Assembly: GCA_017409065.1 (NCBI GenBank)
Contig: JAFQTK010000107.1
Span: 1 to 52,941, forward strand
Reading direction: 5' to 3'
DNA length: 52,941 bases
Source of the DNA: a bacterium
Lineage (GTDB): Bacteria; Cyanobacteriota; Vampirovibrionia; Gastranaerophilales; Gastranaerophilaceae
The notes under the pieces were generated by a model that made no database searches, was not told the origin of the DNA, and worked only from the letters and a program-made list of their open reading frames with translations. The position numbers were made by a program, and so were the translations under genes. Numbering within the stretch: the stretch's first letter is position 1; the number at the start of each line of letters is the position of its first letter. This document shows positions 25,467 to 35,500 of this stretch, piece by piece.

Positions 25467-26389
25467 TTTTTACCGGTTGTTTTACTGAATATTAAATTAT
25501 CCAAAATGGCAAAAACAGGTAAAGTCAAATAAGTACAAAATGCTATTGCATAATGTTTTTTTGCAGCTTTTAAGATTTTTTTAGAACTACTCAAAGATTT
25601 TAATGTCGTTTCTGTTACGGATTCTGTTTCAAGTTTTTTAATATGTTGTTTAATATAATTAAGACCGATTTTGGATGCCGCCAATTCCGTAATCAACTCC
25701 GGACTGAAAGCCAAAAGCGGAATTAACATATTATACTTGTATATAAGATTTTGAGTCTTGCTTATAAAAGTTTCTTTTCCTTTTTTGTTAGTAGATTTCG
25801 AACGACCTAAACCATAAAGCAACAAAGCCAAAGTTGTATAATTCCCTCTATTCCTTTGTAACATTCTAAGAAACTTCGTTGAATGCTCCTCTACCGCATG
25901 CCCTATTTCATGAGGTATAGAGATTAAAGTGTTCTTGCTTACACGAATTTCATTATTTACAGGGTCAAAATGTGCGTTTTGTCCGGCATTTTCAATAATT
26001 AATCTAAGTTTTTGAAAAACTCCTTTATCAGTATAAGTTGCTCCCTCTTTAGATACGGAAACAGACGGTCTTTCCATCAATTTCTTATCTTTTAACATTT
26101 TTTTTGCAATTGTTATCATTTCATTTTCATCAATATTGTTTTTCTGCGAAAAATAATCTGCAAAAAATTTAGATGTTATATTTTGTAAAAATTCCCTTAT
26201 TAACAAACCACCAACCAAAGCTGTACCGGCACTGGTTGCCGCACCACCATCACTACTGCTAAAAAAATCAGGTTCAGGCTCAGGAAAAGAACAACTATGC
26301 GGTGCATAAGTCAGGATAGGTGCCGCCATAATACTATCTGGCGGAAACGAATTTTGAGTATTAAACTTTGAAAAAATCGTATTATCCAA
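25463..26389 (-). CDS. putative membrane-associated zinc metalloprotease (HExxH)
   Basis: 308 aa. 'ISIPHEIGHAVEEH' is an HExxH motif. Hydrophobic segments lie near the N-terminus ('GTALVGGLLI') and in the C-terminal third. The start is uncertain (TTG 26389 or ATG 26329). Confidence 0.5.
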   Translation of the reverse strand: MDNTIFSKFNTQNSFPPDSIMAAPILTYAPHSCSFPEPEPDFFSSSDGGAATSAGTALVGGLLIREFLQNITSKFFADYFSQKNNIDENEMITIAKKMLKDKKLMERPSVSVSKEGATYTDKGVFQKLRLIIENAGQNAHFDPVNNEIRVSKNTLISIPHEIGHAVEEHSTKFLRMLQRNRGNYTTLALLLYGLGRSKSTNKKGKETFISKTQNLIYKYNMLIPLLAFSPELITELAASKIGLNYIKQHIKKLETESVTETTLKSLSSSKKILKAAKKHYAIAFCTYLTLPVFAILDNLIFSKTTGKN

Positions 26390-26568
26390 AACTGCACACT
26401 TTGATTGTTTTAGTCATTTTAAAACATATAAACAAATTTTTTTGTCAGTTTTCTAATTTTTTTTACAATTAGAAAAATTTTTTCTAAATCAAACTACTGA
26501 TTATCAATAAAAATATTTAATTATTGTTTTAAAATGCCGATAACATCATCACAGAAAGTGAGGGCTAT

Positions 26569-26742
26569 ATGGCAAAAGTAATCGAAAATTTAGAAGGCGG
26601 CAGAAGATGTATAATGCTCTCTTCCTACGATGTAATAACTGTCGTTAAATCTTATCAATATTTGATGAAAAATACCAGAAAAGAGGAAGAAATTTTAGAT
26701 AAACTAAGAACACATAGTATATTTTTGCCTGAAGATTTTTAG
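26569..26742 (+). CDS. 57-aa hypothetical protein (below the ORF-track cutoff)
   Basis: The ATG is preceded by gaaagtgaggg. Product: MAKVIENLEGGRRCIMLSSYDVITVVKSYQYLMKNTRKEEEILDKLRTHSIFLPEDF. The composition looks non-random and protein-like. Confidence 0.45.
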   Translation: MAKVIENLEGGRRCIMLSSYDVITVVKSYQYLMKNTRKEEEILDKLRTHSIFLPEDF

Positions 26743-26750
26743 TCAAATTT

Positions 26751-26784
26751 TTATATAAAAAGAGGGAGCGTTGTTGCTCCCTCT
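26751..26784 (-). terminator. intrinsic terminator downstream of the SLH gene 26795-27934
   Basis: agagggagc (26761-26769) pairs with gctccctct (26776-26784) in a 9-bp GC-rich stem. On the minus strand it is followed by ttttatataa. Confidence 0.65.
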
Positions 26785-26794
26785 TCTGAATCAA

Positions 26795-27934
26795 TTATTC
26801 AATTATCCAACTATTAGTCAAATCAACTTTAATCGGTTTTAAAGTTTTTACCAAAATTGTTTCCCCACTTGTATATTTAACCTTTAAACCTTTAAATATC
26901 TTTCTCCAAATATTCAATTCCGGATTTGTTTCAGTAACACCAACAAATGCTGCTGTTTGGTCGTTATTAGTTGTTATAGTTCTTGTATTAAGAACCAATT
27001 TGCCGTTTCTAATTATAAGCATTGCCTTTTGTTTATCAATTAAAAGACCTTTCACAGTCGCCCCTTCTTTAAAAAGAAGATATTTTTCCGAAGTTATAAG
27101 ATTTTCAGGAATCTTAGCTTCAAAAACATCACTAACAACACTTGATTGTGAATTTAAATCATCTTGAATCACAAGCGGAATAAGTGTTCCAGGTGGAATA
27201 ATACCAACATTATCTTTTACAACAACATTTTCAATAACTATGCCTTCTGATTCAATTGGTTTTAAAACTTCAGCCAATTTTTTGTTTGGAGCAAGTCTTA
27301 CTTGTTCCATCATATTGAATAAAAACGCAGCGACTTCTGCTCTTGTTGCAGGCTTCTCAGCGTACATTTTTGCCTCTTCTCCAGGGATAGTTACAACAAT
27401 TCCCAAAACTTCAGCTTTTCCAGCTTTAACAATAAACCATTCCGGAATGGTATTTGCATCGATATACTTTGCTTCTACAATTTTTGTAGCTTCTTCAAGA
27501 GTCAAATCTTCAGTTGTTAAAGAATTTATAACAATCTCAAGGCACTCAGCTCTTGTAACACTATCATTTGGACGGAACATATTATCTTGTGTTTCTTTAA
27601 TCAAATCAAATCTGACTGCTCTTTGCACACTATTCCACGCCCAATTATCTTGAGCAACATCAGCAAACTCAATTATATCAGTAATTTCAGCTTCATCTTG
27701 ATGCAAAGCCTTAACAACCATAGATGCAAATTCTGCACGAGTAATTTCTTCATCCGGTCTATAAGTTTCATCCGGATACCCAACAACAACCTTGTGATCT
27801 GCAAGTTGTTTAATTTGAGCATAAGCCCAGTGATTTTCATCTAAATCTTTAAATACCGGTTCTGCAATTGCATTTGATACTGTTAATGCAAATCCCAATA
27901 CAACCGGAGCAAACATTTTAACAATTTTTCTCAT
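26795..27934 (-). CDS. S-layer-homology (SLH) domain envelope protein with TrbI/VirB10-like C-terminal region
   Basis: 379 aa with a signal peptide. Three SLH repeats ('FKDLDENHWAYAQIKQL..GYPDETYRPDEEITRAEFASMVVKAL' and two more). The C-terminus contains 'PPGTLIPLVIQDDLNSQSSVVSDVFEAKI...LLFKEGATVKGLL'. Confidence 0.8.
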   Translation of the reverse strand: MRKIVKMFAPVVLGFALTVSNAIAEPVFKDLDENHWAYAQIKQLADHKVVVGYPDETYRPDEEITRAEFASMVVKALHQDEAEITDIIEFADVAQDNWAWNSVQRAVRFDLIKETQDNMFRPNDSVTRAECLEIVINSLTTEDLTLEEATKIVEAKYIDANTIPEWFIVKAGKAEVLGIVVTIPGEEAKMYAEKPATRAEVAAFLFNMMEQVRLAPNKKLAEVLKPIESEGIVIENVVVKDNVGIIPPGTLIPLVIQDDLNSQSSVVSDVFEAKIPENLITSEKYLLFKEGATVKGLLIDKQKAMLIIRNGKLVLNTRTITTNNDQTAAFVGVTETNPELNIWRKIFKGLKVKYTSGETILVKTLKPIKVDLTNSWIIE

Positions 27935-28081
27935 TTATTTTCTCCATTCTAAACTATCCTTAGCAATACAATTATCACTCAGTTTGCAAATTTTGCAATA
28001 TTGTTAAGCAGTTTTTATAAATTACACTAAAAAATGCAAATGTAGAATGATATCTCTTATAAGAAGAGTTAAAATCATTAA

Positions 28082-28318
28082 ATGAACAAAAACAAAGGTT
28101 TAATATTAAAAAACATCATCTTCTCTATTACCCTAATTGGAGCAATAAATTGGGGGATTGTAGGATTTTTTGATTTTGAAGTATTTAGTTTTATGCTAGG
28201 AGCAAATAGTATCCCCTGCAAAATAATATACATAATAATTGGATTGTCTGCCCTATCCTCAGCTACATTTGCAGTTATAGATTGCAGCTACTGTAATGTT
28301 TTATTTAAAAGAAAATAA
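28082..28318 (+). CDS. DUF378-family small membrane protein
   Basis: 78 aa. 'ITLIGAINWGIVGFFDFEVF' matches the DUF378 signature (GAlNWGLvG.f.fnLV). Two TM segments. Confidence 0.8.
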   Translation: MNKNKGLILKNIIFSITLIGAINWGIVGFFDFEVFSFMLGANSIPCKIIYIIIGLSALSSATFAVIDCSYCNVLFKRK

Positions 28319-28319
28319 A

Positions 28320-28341
28320 AGACCGACTTTTCAGTCGGTCT
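28320..28341. terminator. shared hairpin terminator between convergent genes
   Basis: agaccgact-tttc-agtcggtct forms a 9-bp stem. The T-tract is strong on the minus strand (ttttattttc) and weaker on the plus strand. Confidence 0.75.
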
Positions 28342-28349
28342 AAATTTTA

Positions 28350-29573
28350 TTAAAGATTTTCTTCTAAGTCCAAATCCTGAGTTAACTCTATTAATAAAGA
28401 GTCTTCAACATCAGCTTTAAAGTGCAATCCCGGAGTAACTAACCCTGTAACTGAACCTGCATCAGCAGAGCCTTCCCCAACCTTTTTAGGGTCAGAAACC
28501 GCAGCAACTCCGATACCTGAACCAACACCGGTAACGGCAGAACCAATAGTATAACTTCCTATTTTTCCAAAAGTTGCAAGTTTACCTGCTGTCAAAACAC
28601 CTTTTCTGTCAAATACATGTCCTTGGATAGGTGCTACTTTTCCTGATGGGAAAAGAATTTGGTCAAATGTTACAGAAACCTTTGTATTTTTATCAAGAAT
28701 TTCTTTAGAATCTAATGATTTTATTTCAGCGTTCAATACAGAACCACGAGGAATCAACAAATTACCTTCTTCAGTATAAACATCATTAACAAAAGTAAAT
28801 TTTAGATTTTCATCCAAGTCAGCTATATTTCCTGTAAAAGCTGCTCTTACTACGTTCCCAGCAAGAACAATTCTTCTAAAATTCAAAAGTGAAACTTTTT
28901 CTGTTGGAGCCGGATCTTTTTGTTGCTCAACTTGAGCATCTTTAGCTACATATTGTTCTTTAACCAAACCCATTGCCATTCTTAATCTGTGCAAAATAAC
29001 AGCTGCTTCAGCACGGTTTAGCGGTTTATTTGGTAGCAATTTAGCTAAATCTGGATAATTCGCATAAAGTCCAAGTTCAATTGATTTTGCATATTGTTTT
29101 TTACCCCAATCAGGAATATCATTGCTATCCACAAACTGTTCAAGAACGCTCATATCTTGCAAAGAATTTTTTGTAATATGGCTCAAAATAGAGGCAACCT
29201 CTACCCTTGAAATCAAAGTTTCAGGTCTGAAAGTTCCATCCGGATATCCATACAAAAGTCCTATTTCTTCGGATTTCATAATGTCACTAAAAGCCCAATG
29301 ATTGCCTTTTAAATCTTTAAATGGACTTTTTGCTTGAATTTCAGTTGGTTTATGTCCTAATGCACGAAGAAGCATTGAGTTAAACTCAGAACGCTTAACA
29401 TTTACATTAGGTCTAAAACTACTGTCAGCATATGGTCTTATTACACCATCTCTAACACAAGCAGCAATTTCTTTTGCCGCCCAATATTCTGTTGTTACAT
29501 CAGTTAACGTCAATGCAAAAGCACTCCCTGACATTAAAAGAAATGCAGATAACACAGATAAAAATTTTTTCAT
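28350..29573 (-). CDS. SLH-domain envelope protein with TrbI/VirB10-like C-terminal region (paralog of 26795-27934)
   Basis: 407 aa with a signal peptide. Three SLH repeats ('LTDVTTEYWAAKEIAAC...', 'FKDLKGNHWAFSDIM..GYPDGTFRP', 'FVDSNDIPDWGKK..'). The C-terminus contains 'NDVYTEEGNLLIPRGSVLNAEI...KVSVTFDQILFPSGKVAPIQGHVFDRKG' and then a Gly-rich tail. Confidence 0.8.
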   Translation of the reverse strand: MKKFLSVLSAFLLMSGSAFALTLTDVTTEYWAAKEIAACVRDGVIRPYADSSFRPNVNVKRSEFNSMLLRALGHKPTEIQAKSPFKDLKGNHWAFSDIMKSEEIGLLYGYPDGTFRPETLISRVEVASILSHITKNSLQDMSVLEQFVDSNDIPDWGKKQYAKSIELGLYANYPDLAKLLPNKPLNRAEAAVILHRLRMAMGLVKEQYVAKDAQVEQQKDPAPTEKVSLLNFRRIVLAGNVVRAAFTGNIADLDENLKFTFVNDVYTEEGNLLIPRGSVLNAEIKSLDSKEILDKNTKVSVTFDQILFPSGKVAPIQGHVFDRKGVLTAGKLATFGKIGSYTIGSAVTGVGSGIGVAAVSDPKKVGEGSADAGSVTGLVTPGLHFKADVEDSLLIELTQDLDLEENL

Positions 29574-29714
29574 TATTTTTCTCCAATCTATTTGTTAGCC
29601 TTTGAAAACAGCATAACACTCAAAGAAAATTTTGTAAACTTTGAACACGACTATTTAAAGTAATTTGAAATTTATAGCTCAATATTATATAATCATTGTG
29701 TATAGGAGCTAATT

Positions 29715-32522
29715 TTGGACAGTTTAACAGACAATACAAATTTTATAAAAGAACATTTATCTTTAAACTCAACAAAAAATTTTTGTGTTATTTCTGACAA
29801 CATTTTTTTGAAAGATTATACCACTTACAAAGTTCTTTCGCCGGAAGATTTTAGCGAATTTGTTTTAAAAAAAATAGCTCTATTATCTACACCTAACATA
29901 ATTTCAAAAAGTGAAAGTATTTTTGTTATTCGCAATATAACAAAAAATTTATTTTTAAAAAATTCTGCATTATCAAATTTAACAAAATCAAACCTGTTTG
30001 CTAACGATTTATACAATCTTTTTGGACTTTTTTATGAATATAATTTATCCACAGAGCAACTTTTTCAAACAGTTAATTCAGCTAACATTGAAACTGAAGA
30101 TAAAAATAGATTTGAAATAATTATAAAAGCATACGAAAAATACGATTCCATTCTCAACTTGAAGAATTTTATTGATAGAAGGAATATAAGCAATTATACC
30201 TGCAAATTAATCACAAATTCGCCAAATTATCTAAAATATTTAAAAAAGAGTAATTTTGAAAATATTATTTTAGACGAAAGTACCTACGTTCCAAATAACA
30301 TACAAAATCTTTTAAATCTTTTAGAGTTAAATCTTGTTAAAAGAAATTTTATTCAAAAATATGGAAACAATGCGGCAAACACTTTAGCAGAAAAGTATCT
30401 GGACAAAACAATAATTTCCGATAAAAAATCTGAAACTAAATTTTTTAAATTTAACGATATAACAGATGAAGCCGAATTTATATGCAATACAATAATAAAC
30501 AAAGTTAAATCCGAAAATTACAACTTTTCTGATTTTGCAATAGCACTAAATCAGCAAACTACCGGAAAAGTTTTTCAAGAATATTTATCATTGGCAAATA
30601 TTCCTACAAACACAATTCAACCTGATAATATTTACCAAAGTTTCCTTGTTAAACTTTCTCAATACATAAATATATGCGAAATTTACACAAAACTAAAATC
30701 AGAAAAATCCTTAACGACCACAAGAAAAGATGAACTATATGAAGAATTAAATCTTAACTTTGAAAATATAATTTCTGAAACATTAGAAAATCAATTTGCT
30801 AAAGACAAATTCTTATCAATGCTAAACAATTCAACCACACTTTCATTGATTGACTGCGTAAAAAATAACTTAAATTTGCTAACAGTAGAAGATGCGGTTA
30901 AAATAAATACCGAACTGAATCAGCTCGATATATTGATTGAACTTTATAGCAAAAAAAATATTATTCAACTAATTACAATTGTTGCTAATAATTTTAAGAT
31001 ACAATCCCCAATTTTCAAAACAAAACTCGCAAAACTTATAAAAGAAATTAGAAATCTTGAAAATTTAAACACAACTTTTGGTCACCCGATTTTAAATTAC
31101 AGCGATATTCTTGAAATTATAAATAAACCTCAACAAATTAATAATCCAAATCAAAATCGAGTAACTATCGGCTCTTTTAAAGAAATCGCCAAAAGTGAAT
31201 TTAAAGAAATATTTTTCCCGAACCTTACTGAAAAAACCACACCTAAATTCAATAATTCAATCCAATTTATTTCAGAAGAGGCAAATACTAAAATATCAGC
31301 AGAAATTAAAAAACTGGTCAATAATTTTGAACAAATAATTCCAACACAATCATTTGTACTTATCGATACCGCAAAAAATTTCATTCAGGCCATCTATTCA
31401 GCTAAAAATACAGTTATATTAAGCACTCATAATTACGAAGACAAAAAACAAACTATTCCTTCAATATACTACCAATTCCTAAGCACAATACTTTCAGGTG
31501 AAGAAGAAGATACAAAAACTGAATTTAAAACCATCAAACCTGAACACAAACAAATAAGTTTAGATTTAACCATAGAAAATAATAAAATCATTATAGAAGA
31601 CAAAGACACACTAAAACTTAGTGCATCAGCAATTTCAACTTTTCAATCTTGCCCCAAAAAATACTACTTTGCACATCTTTTAGGGCTTAAAGGGCACAGC
31701 ACATTCGCAGCAACTTACGGAACAATTGTACATGCAATTATGGAGATTTTTAATCAAAAATACTTAACTTCATACTCAGCAGAAACACTTTTAAATTTAA
31801 CAGATATCCTATTTAAAGCGGCAGAAACACCTAAAGCAGCGATTGCCGAAGGATTTACGCAAAGAATTATCGACTTAATTTCAGCAACAAATTTACTATC
31901 GTTAGCCGAAATGAAAGATAATTTTAAAAGTGCAATCAAAGAAATGGAAAAAAACGGATTTTTTAATCAAATTCCCGACGAAATAATTAGCGAAAAAAGT
32001 TTTGAATTTGAGATTGCAGAATGTCCAAACGTTGTATTTGACGGACGTATAGATGCTATTTACCGTTTTGGGGATAATTACACGGTGGTAGATTATAAAA
32101 CAGGAAAAAACAAACCTGAACTTAGTTATCTTATAAGTAACGACGGAGTAAATTTTAGAACATCAAAAGGACCTGCCACAAACTTAGAAGCGAAACAAAA
32201 TGAATTTGAATACCAAATCCCAATCTATTTCTTCGCAACTCAATTTGCTGAAGAATTTAAAAATCTAAAAAACTCCATAAAATCATTGGGACTACTATAC
32301 ATTCGCCCTCAAAATAAACACAATGGTTTTAAACAAGATTTTGTTTCTACGGAAATATTAAACGAATTTACCCCTAATTTAATAGAAAATTTGAACAACA
32401 CAGTAATAAATAGAATAAGAAATTGTAAATCCTTTTCAGCCTGCAAAAATTCTATAATTTGTGACAATTGTGAATTTAAGTTGCTTTGTGATTCAAATTC
32501 AGAGGGGGCTGAAAATGATTAA
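29715..32522 (+). CDS. addB: AddB/RexB-type helicase-nuclease subunit (inactive-helicase scaffold plus PD-(D/E)XK nuclease with Cys cluster)
   Basis: 935 aa. RecB-family nuclease motif 'DGRIDAIYRFGDNYTVVDYKTGK'. Cys pattern 'QSCPKKYYF' ... 'CDNCEFKLLC' (C..CxxCx5C). It is translationally coupled to the downstream UvrD-like subunit. TTG start, and no Walker A is seen at the N-terminus. Confidence 0.8.
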   Translation: MDSLTDNTNFIKEHLSLNSTKNFCVISDNIFLKDYTTYKVLSPEDFSEFVLKKIALLSTPNIISKSESIFVIRNITKNLFLKNSALSNLTKSNLFANDLYNLFGLFYEYNLSTEQLFQTVNSANIETEDKNRFEIIIKAYEKYDSILNLKNFIDRRNISNYTCKLITNSPNYLKYLKKSNFENIILDESTYVPNNIQNLLNLLELNLVKRNFIQKYGNNAANTLAEKYLDKTIISDKKSETKFFKFNDITDEAEFICNTIINKVKSENYNFSDFAIALNQQTTGKVFQEYLSLANIPTNTIQPDNIYQSFLVKLSQYINICEIYTKLKSEKSLTTTRKDELYEELNLNFENIISETLENQFAKDKFLSMLNNSTTLSLIDCVKNNLNLLTVEDAVKINTELNQLDILIELYSKKNIIQLITIVANNFKIQSPIFKTKLAKLIKEIRNLENLNTTFGHPILNYSDILEIINKPQQINNPNQNRVTIGSFKEIAKSEFKEIFFPNLTEKTTPKFNNSIQFISEEANTKISAEIKKLVNNFEQIIPTQSFVLIDTAKNFIQAIYSAKNTVILSTHNYEDKKQTIPSIYYQFLSTILSGEEEDTKTEFKTIKPEHKQISLDLTIENNKIIIEDKDTLKLSASAISTFQSCPKKYYFAHLLGLKGHSTFAATYGTIVHAIMEIFNQKYLTSYSAETLLNLTDILFKAAETPKAAIAEGFTQRIIDLISATNLLSLAEMKDNFKSAIKEMEKNGFFNQIPDEIISEKSFEFEIAECPNVVFDGRIDAIYRFGDNYTVVDYKTGKNKPELSYLISNDGVNFRTSKGPATNLEAKQNEFEYQIPIYFFATQFAEEFKNLKNSIKSLGLLYIRPQNKHNGFKQDFVSTEILNEFTPNLIENLNNTVINRIRNCKSFSACKNSIICDNCEFKLLCDSNSEGAEND

Positions 32523-35500
32523 TATTTTGAATAGTTTAACCAATGGTTTAAACGAAAAACAAAAATTAGCCGTTGAAAATACAATTGATTCCTGCACCAA
32601 AATTGTTGCAGGTGCAGGCACAGGAAAAACACAAATTATCGCCAGACGATTTGCAAAATTGACTGCTGATTTAACCCAAAAAGGAATTGAACATCCGACT
32701 TCGCATATTTTAGTAATTACATTTACTGACAAAGCTGCAAATCAAATGAAAGAACGGATTATTGATGTATTAAATAAAAACGGACTAAATTCATACGGCA
32801 ATGATATGTGGATATCTACTTTTCACGGTTTTTGCAATAAAATTCTTTCAAGACATTCGATTGAAGCCAATCTTTCACCTGATTTTCAACTTGCAGACGA
32901 AAATACTTTAAATGAATTTTACGAAAAAATAGTGAAAACACTAAGAAATAATGAAATAAGCTCTATCGAAAATATAGACAAAATTTGTTCGGATTTAGAC
33001 TTGGAATCTTCTATTTTGAACATAGAGAACCTAAAAAAATTAAGTGCTATAAACACAATAGACAATATTTTTGATGATATTTTCCAAACAATAAAGAAAA
33101 TCAAATCACTTGGCATTACACCAAAAGAATTTTTAGATAAAACAATTTCTGCAACACAAAATTACTCAAAAATACTTGAAACACTTCCATATAATGGTTT
33201 AAGCGTTGATGACTATGTAATCAATTGGCAAAACCATCTTCGCAAATATACTGATGACTTTTGCAAATTTGAAAAAGATGAAGCTTTTGCCAATCTTTGC
33301 AAAAAATCTTTAATTATTTCTAAAAATAGAAGTTCAAAAGCCGAAAAATGGACGCCTCCGGAAGGCTTATCCGACAATATTACAAACTTCAATGAAATAG
33401 AAATTTATCTGACAAAAGTAATTGCCCTAATCTATGCTATATACCAAAATGAACTTGAAATAGCCAATATTATTGACTTTGATGATTTAATCAACAAAAC
33501 AATTTATATTCTTAAAAATAACAAAATAATTCGAGCATATTATCAAAAATATTTTGAACACTTAATCATTGACGAATTTCAAGATACAAACGGTTCACAG
33601 CTTGAACTTATAAAATTATTACTAAATCCAAATTATGCAAATATAACCTTTGTCGGGGACAGAAAACAATCAATCTACGGTTTTCGATACGCTCAAATGG
33701 AAAATCTCGAAGTATTGCATAATTTCATTAAAGAAAAATACAACAAAAATTATCCTGAAATTAAATTAGATACAAACTATCGTTCTAGCGGACATGTACT
33801 AAATGCCGTAAATTTCGTAACAACAGAACATTTGAATTTGGATGAAGAACTTTTACCTAACCCCAATTCCGATTTTACTGAAGTAAACAAATTTGTAAAA
33901 AATTCAAATATAGAAGATGCTCAGTATTCTTTTGAACGGAAAGAAGCAGAAGCCAAATATTTTGCCGCTGAAATCCAAAAATTACACAAAGAAGAAAATG
34001 TCAAATACAAAGATTTTGCCATTTTGGTAAAATCTCATTCTCAATCTGAATTGATTGAAAAAATTCTGACAAAATATGGCATTCCTTCCATCAAAAAAAC
34101 AAATAAAAGCTATTTTACAAACCCAATAATAAAAAATGCAATTGCCGCATTAAAACTTATCCAAAATCCTTTGAACGAAATTGCGTTAGCAAGAATTTTG
34201 CAAATAAACAATAATGAAAAAGATTTTCTCATTTTAAAAAAGACAATAGATGAAAAATTCCAAAATATAGACAAAACTCTTGGGACAAAACATCTAAATT
34301 TGAATGAAAGAATAATAAAGTTGTACGAAGAAAATAATCTTGAAAATAAAGAATTAAAAAAGATTTTTGACATTATTTCTCAACTGGTAAAAGAAAAAAA
34401 TCAAAGTTCGCTACTAAAATTATTTCTTAATTTTAAACAAAAAATTAATTTACACAATTCCAAACAAGAAATAGAACATTTTAGAAATGAAAATAATTTG
34501 AGAATGTTTGAAAAAATAATTTCTGATTATGAACAAACTCAAAACTTTACCTCAATAAAAAAATTTCTTGAATATTTTGATAAAATTTCTGAAGACAGAA
34601 ATTTCGAATTACCTAATGTTAATTCGACAGACTTAGATGCAGTTCAAATTATGACCATTCACGCATCAAAAGGGCTAGAATTTCCATACACTTTTGTATG
34701 TGCAATCAACAACAAAAAATCTAAAAATGAAAAAAATATAGTATTTGATCTACAATTCGGTAAAAAACCGGGATTCGGTTTAATGATAACTAAATTGAAC
34801 GAAAAAGACTCCCCAAAATACCACGTTTATAAAGAAATATGGAAAAACCCACGAGAGTATAACGAAGCTATAAGACTTTTTTATGTAGCTGTTTCAAGAG
34901 CAAAAAAATATTTAAACATAATAACTTTTGACTCCAATAGTGGTCCAAAAGCAGCTGAATATACTAAAGATTTTCCAAACACAATAGTCAAAGAAACAAT
35001 CAAAATTGCAGAAATTAATCCTGAACTTCAACAACTAGTTCCAACAGTAATAACAAAAGAAAAATCATTTGCACAAAATCTTTTAGCAGAAAGTTATGAA
35101 GAAAATCAAACTAACCATATTTTTTCATTTAGTAAACTAAATACTTTTACAAAATGTGAAAGCAAATTTCTCTTAAAATATAAATACGGATTTCCCTCAT
35201 TAGATATTCATAATAAAGGTGCAGAAACAGGGAATATTGTTCATAAATTGATATACAAAGCACTTGTATTCAATGAAATTCTTGATGAAAAAGAAATAAT
35301 ACAACACCAAAAAAATTGTAATGTCGATGATGTCATAAGACAAAATACAATTCTTGCTTATAGAAATTTTTTAAACAGCGAATACTCTCCTGAAAAATTG
35401 AAACAGAAAGAATTTTTTGTAGAAAGACATTTTGATTTTATTTATAAAACCACAGAAAATGAAGTGAGATTCATTGGTGATATTGATTTATTAATTAAAA

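Noticed and set aside
32461-32514. GTG-initiated 18-aa extension of addA
   Set aside because: It lies entirely inside the addB C-terminal Cys-cluster coding region. The ATG at 32515 has a strong agaggggg RBS and gives the usual short N-terminus before the Walker A motif.
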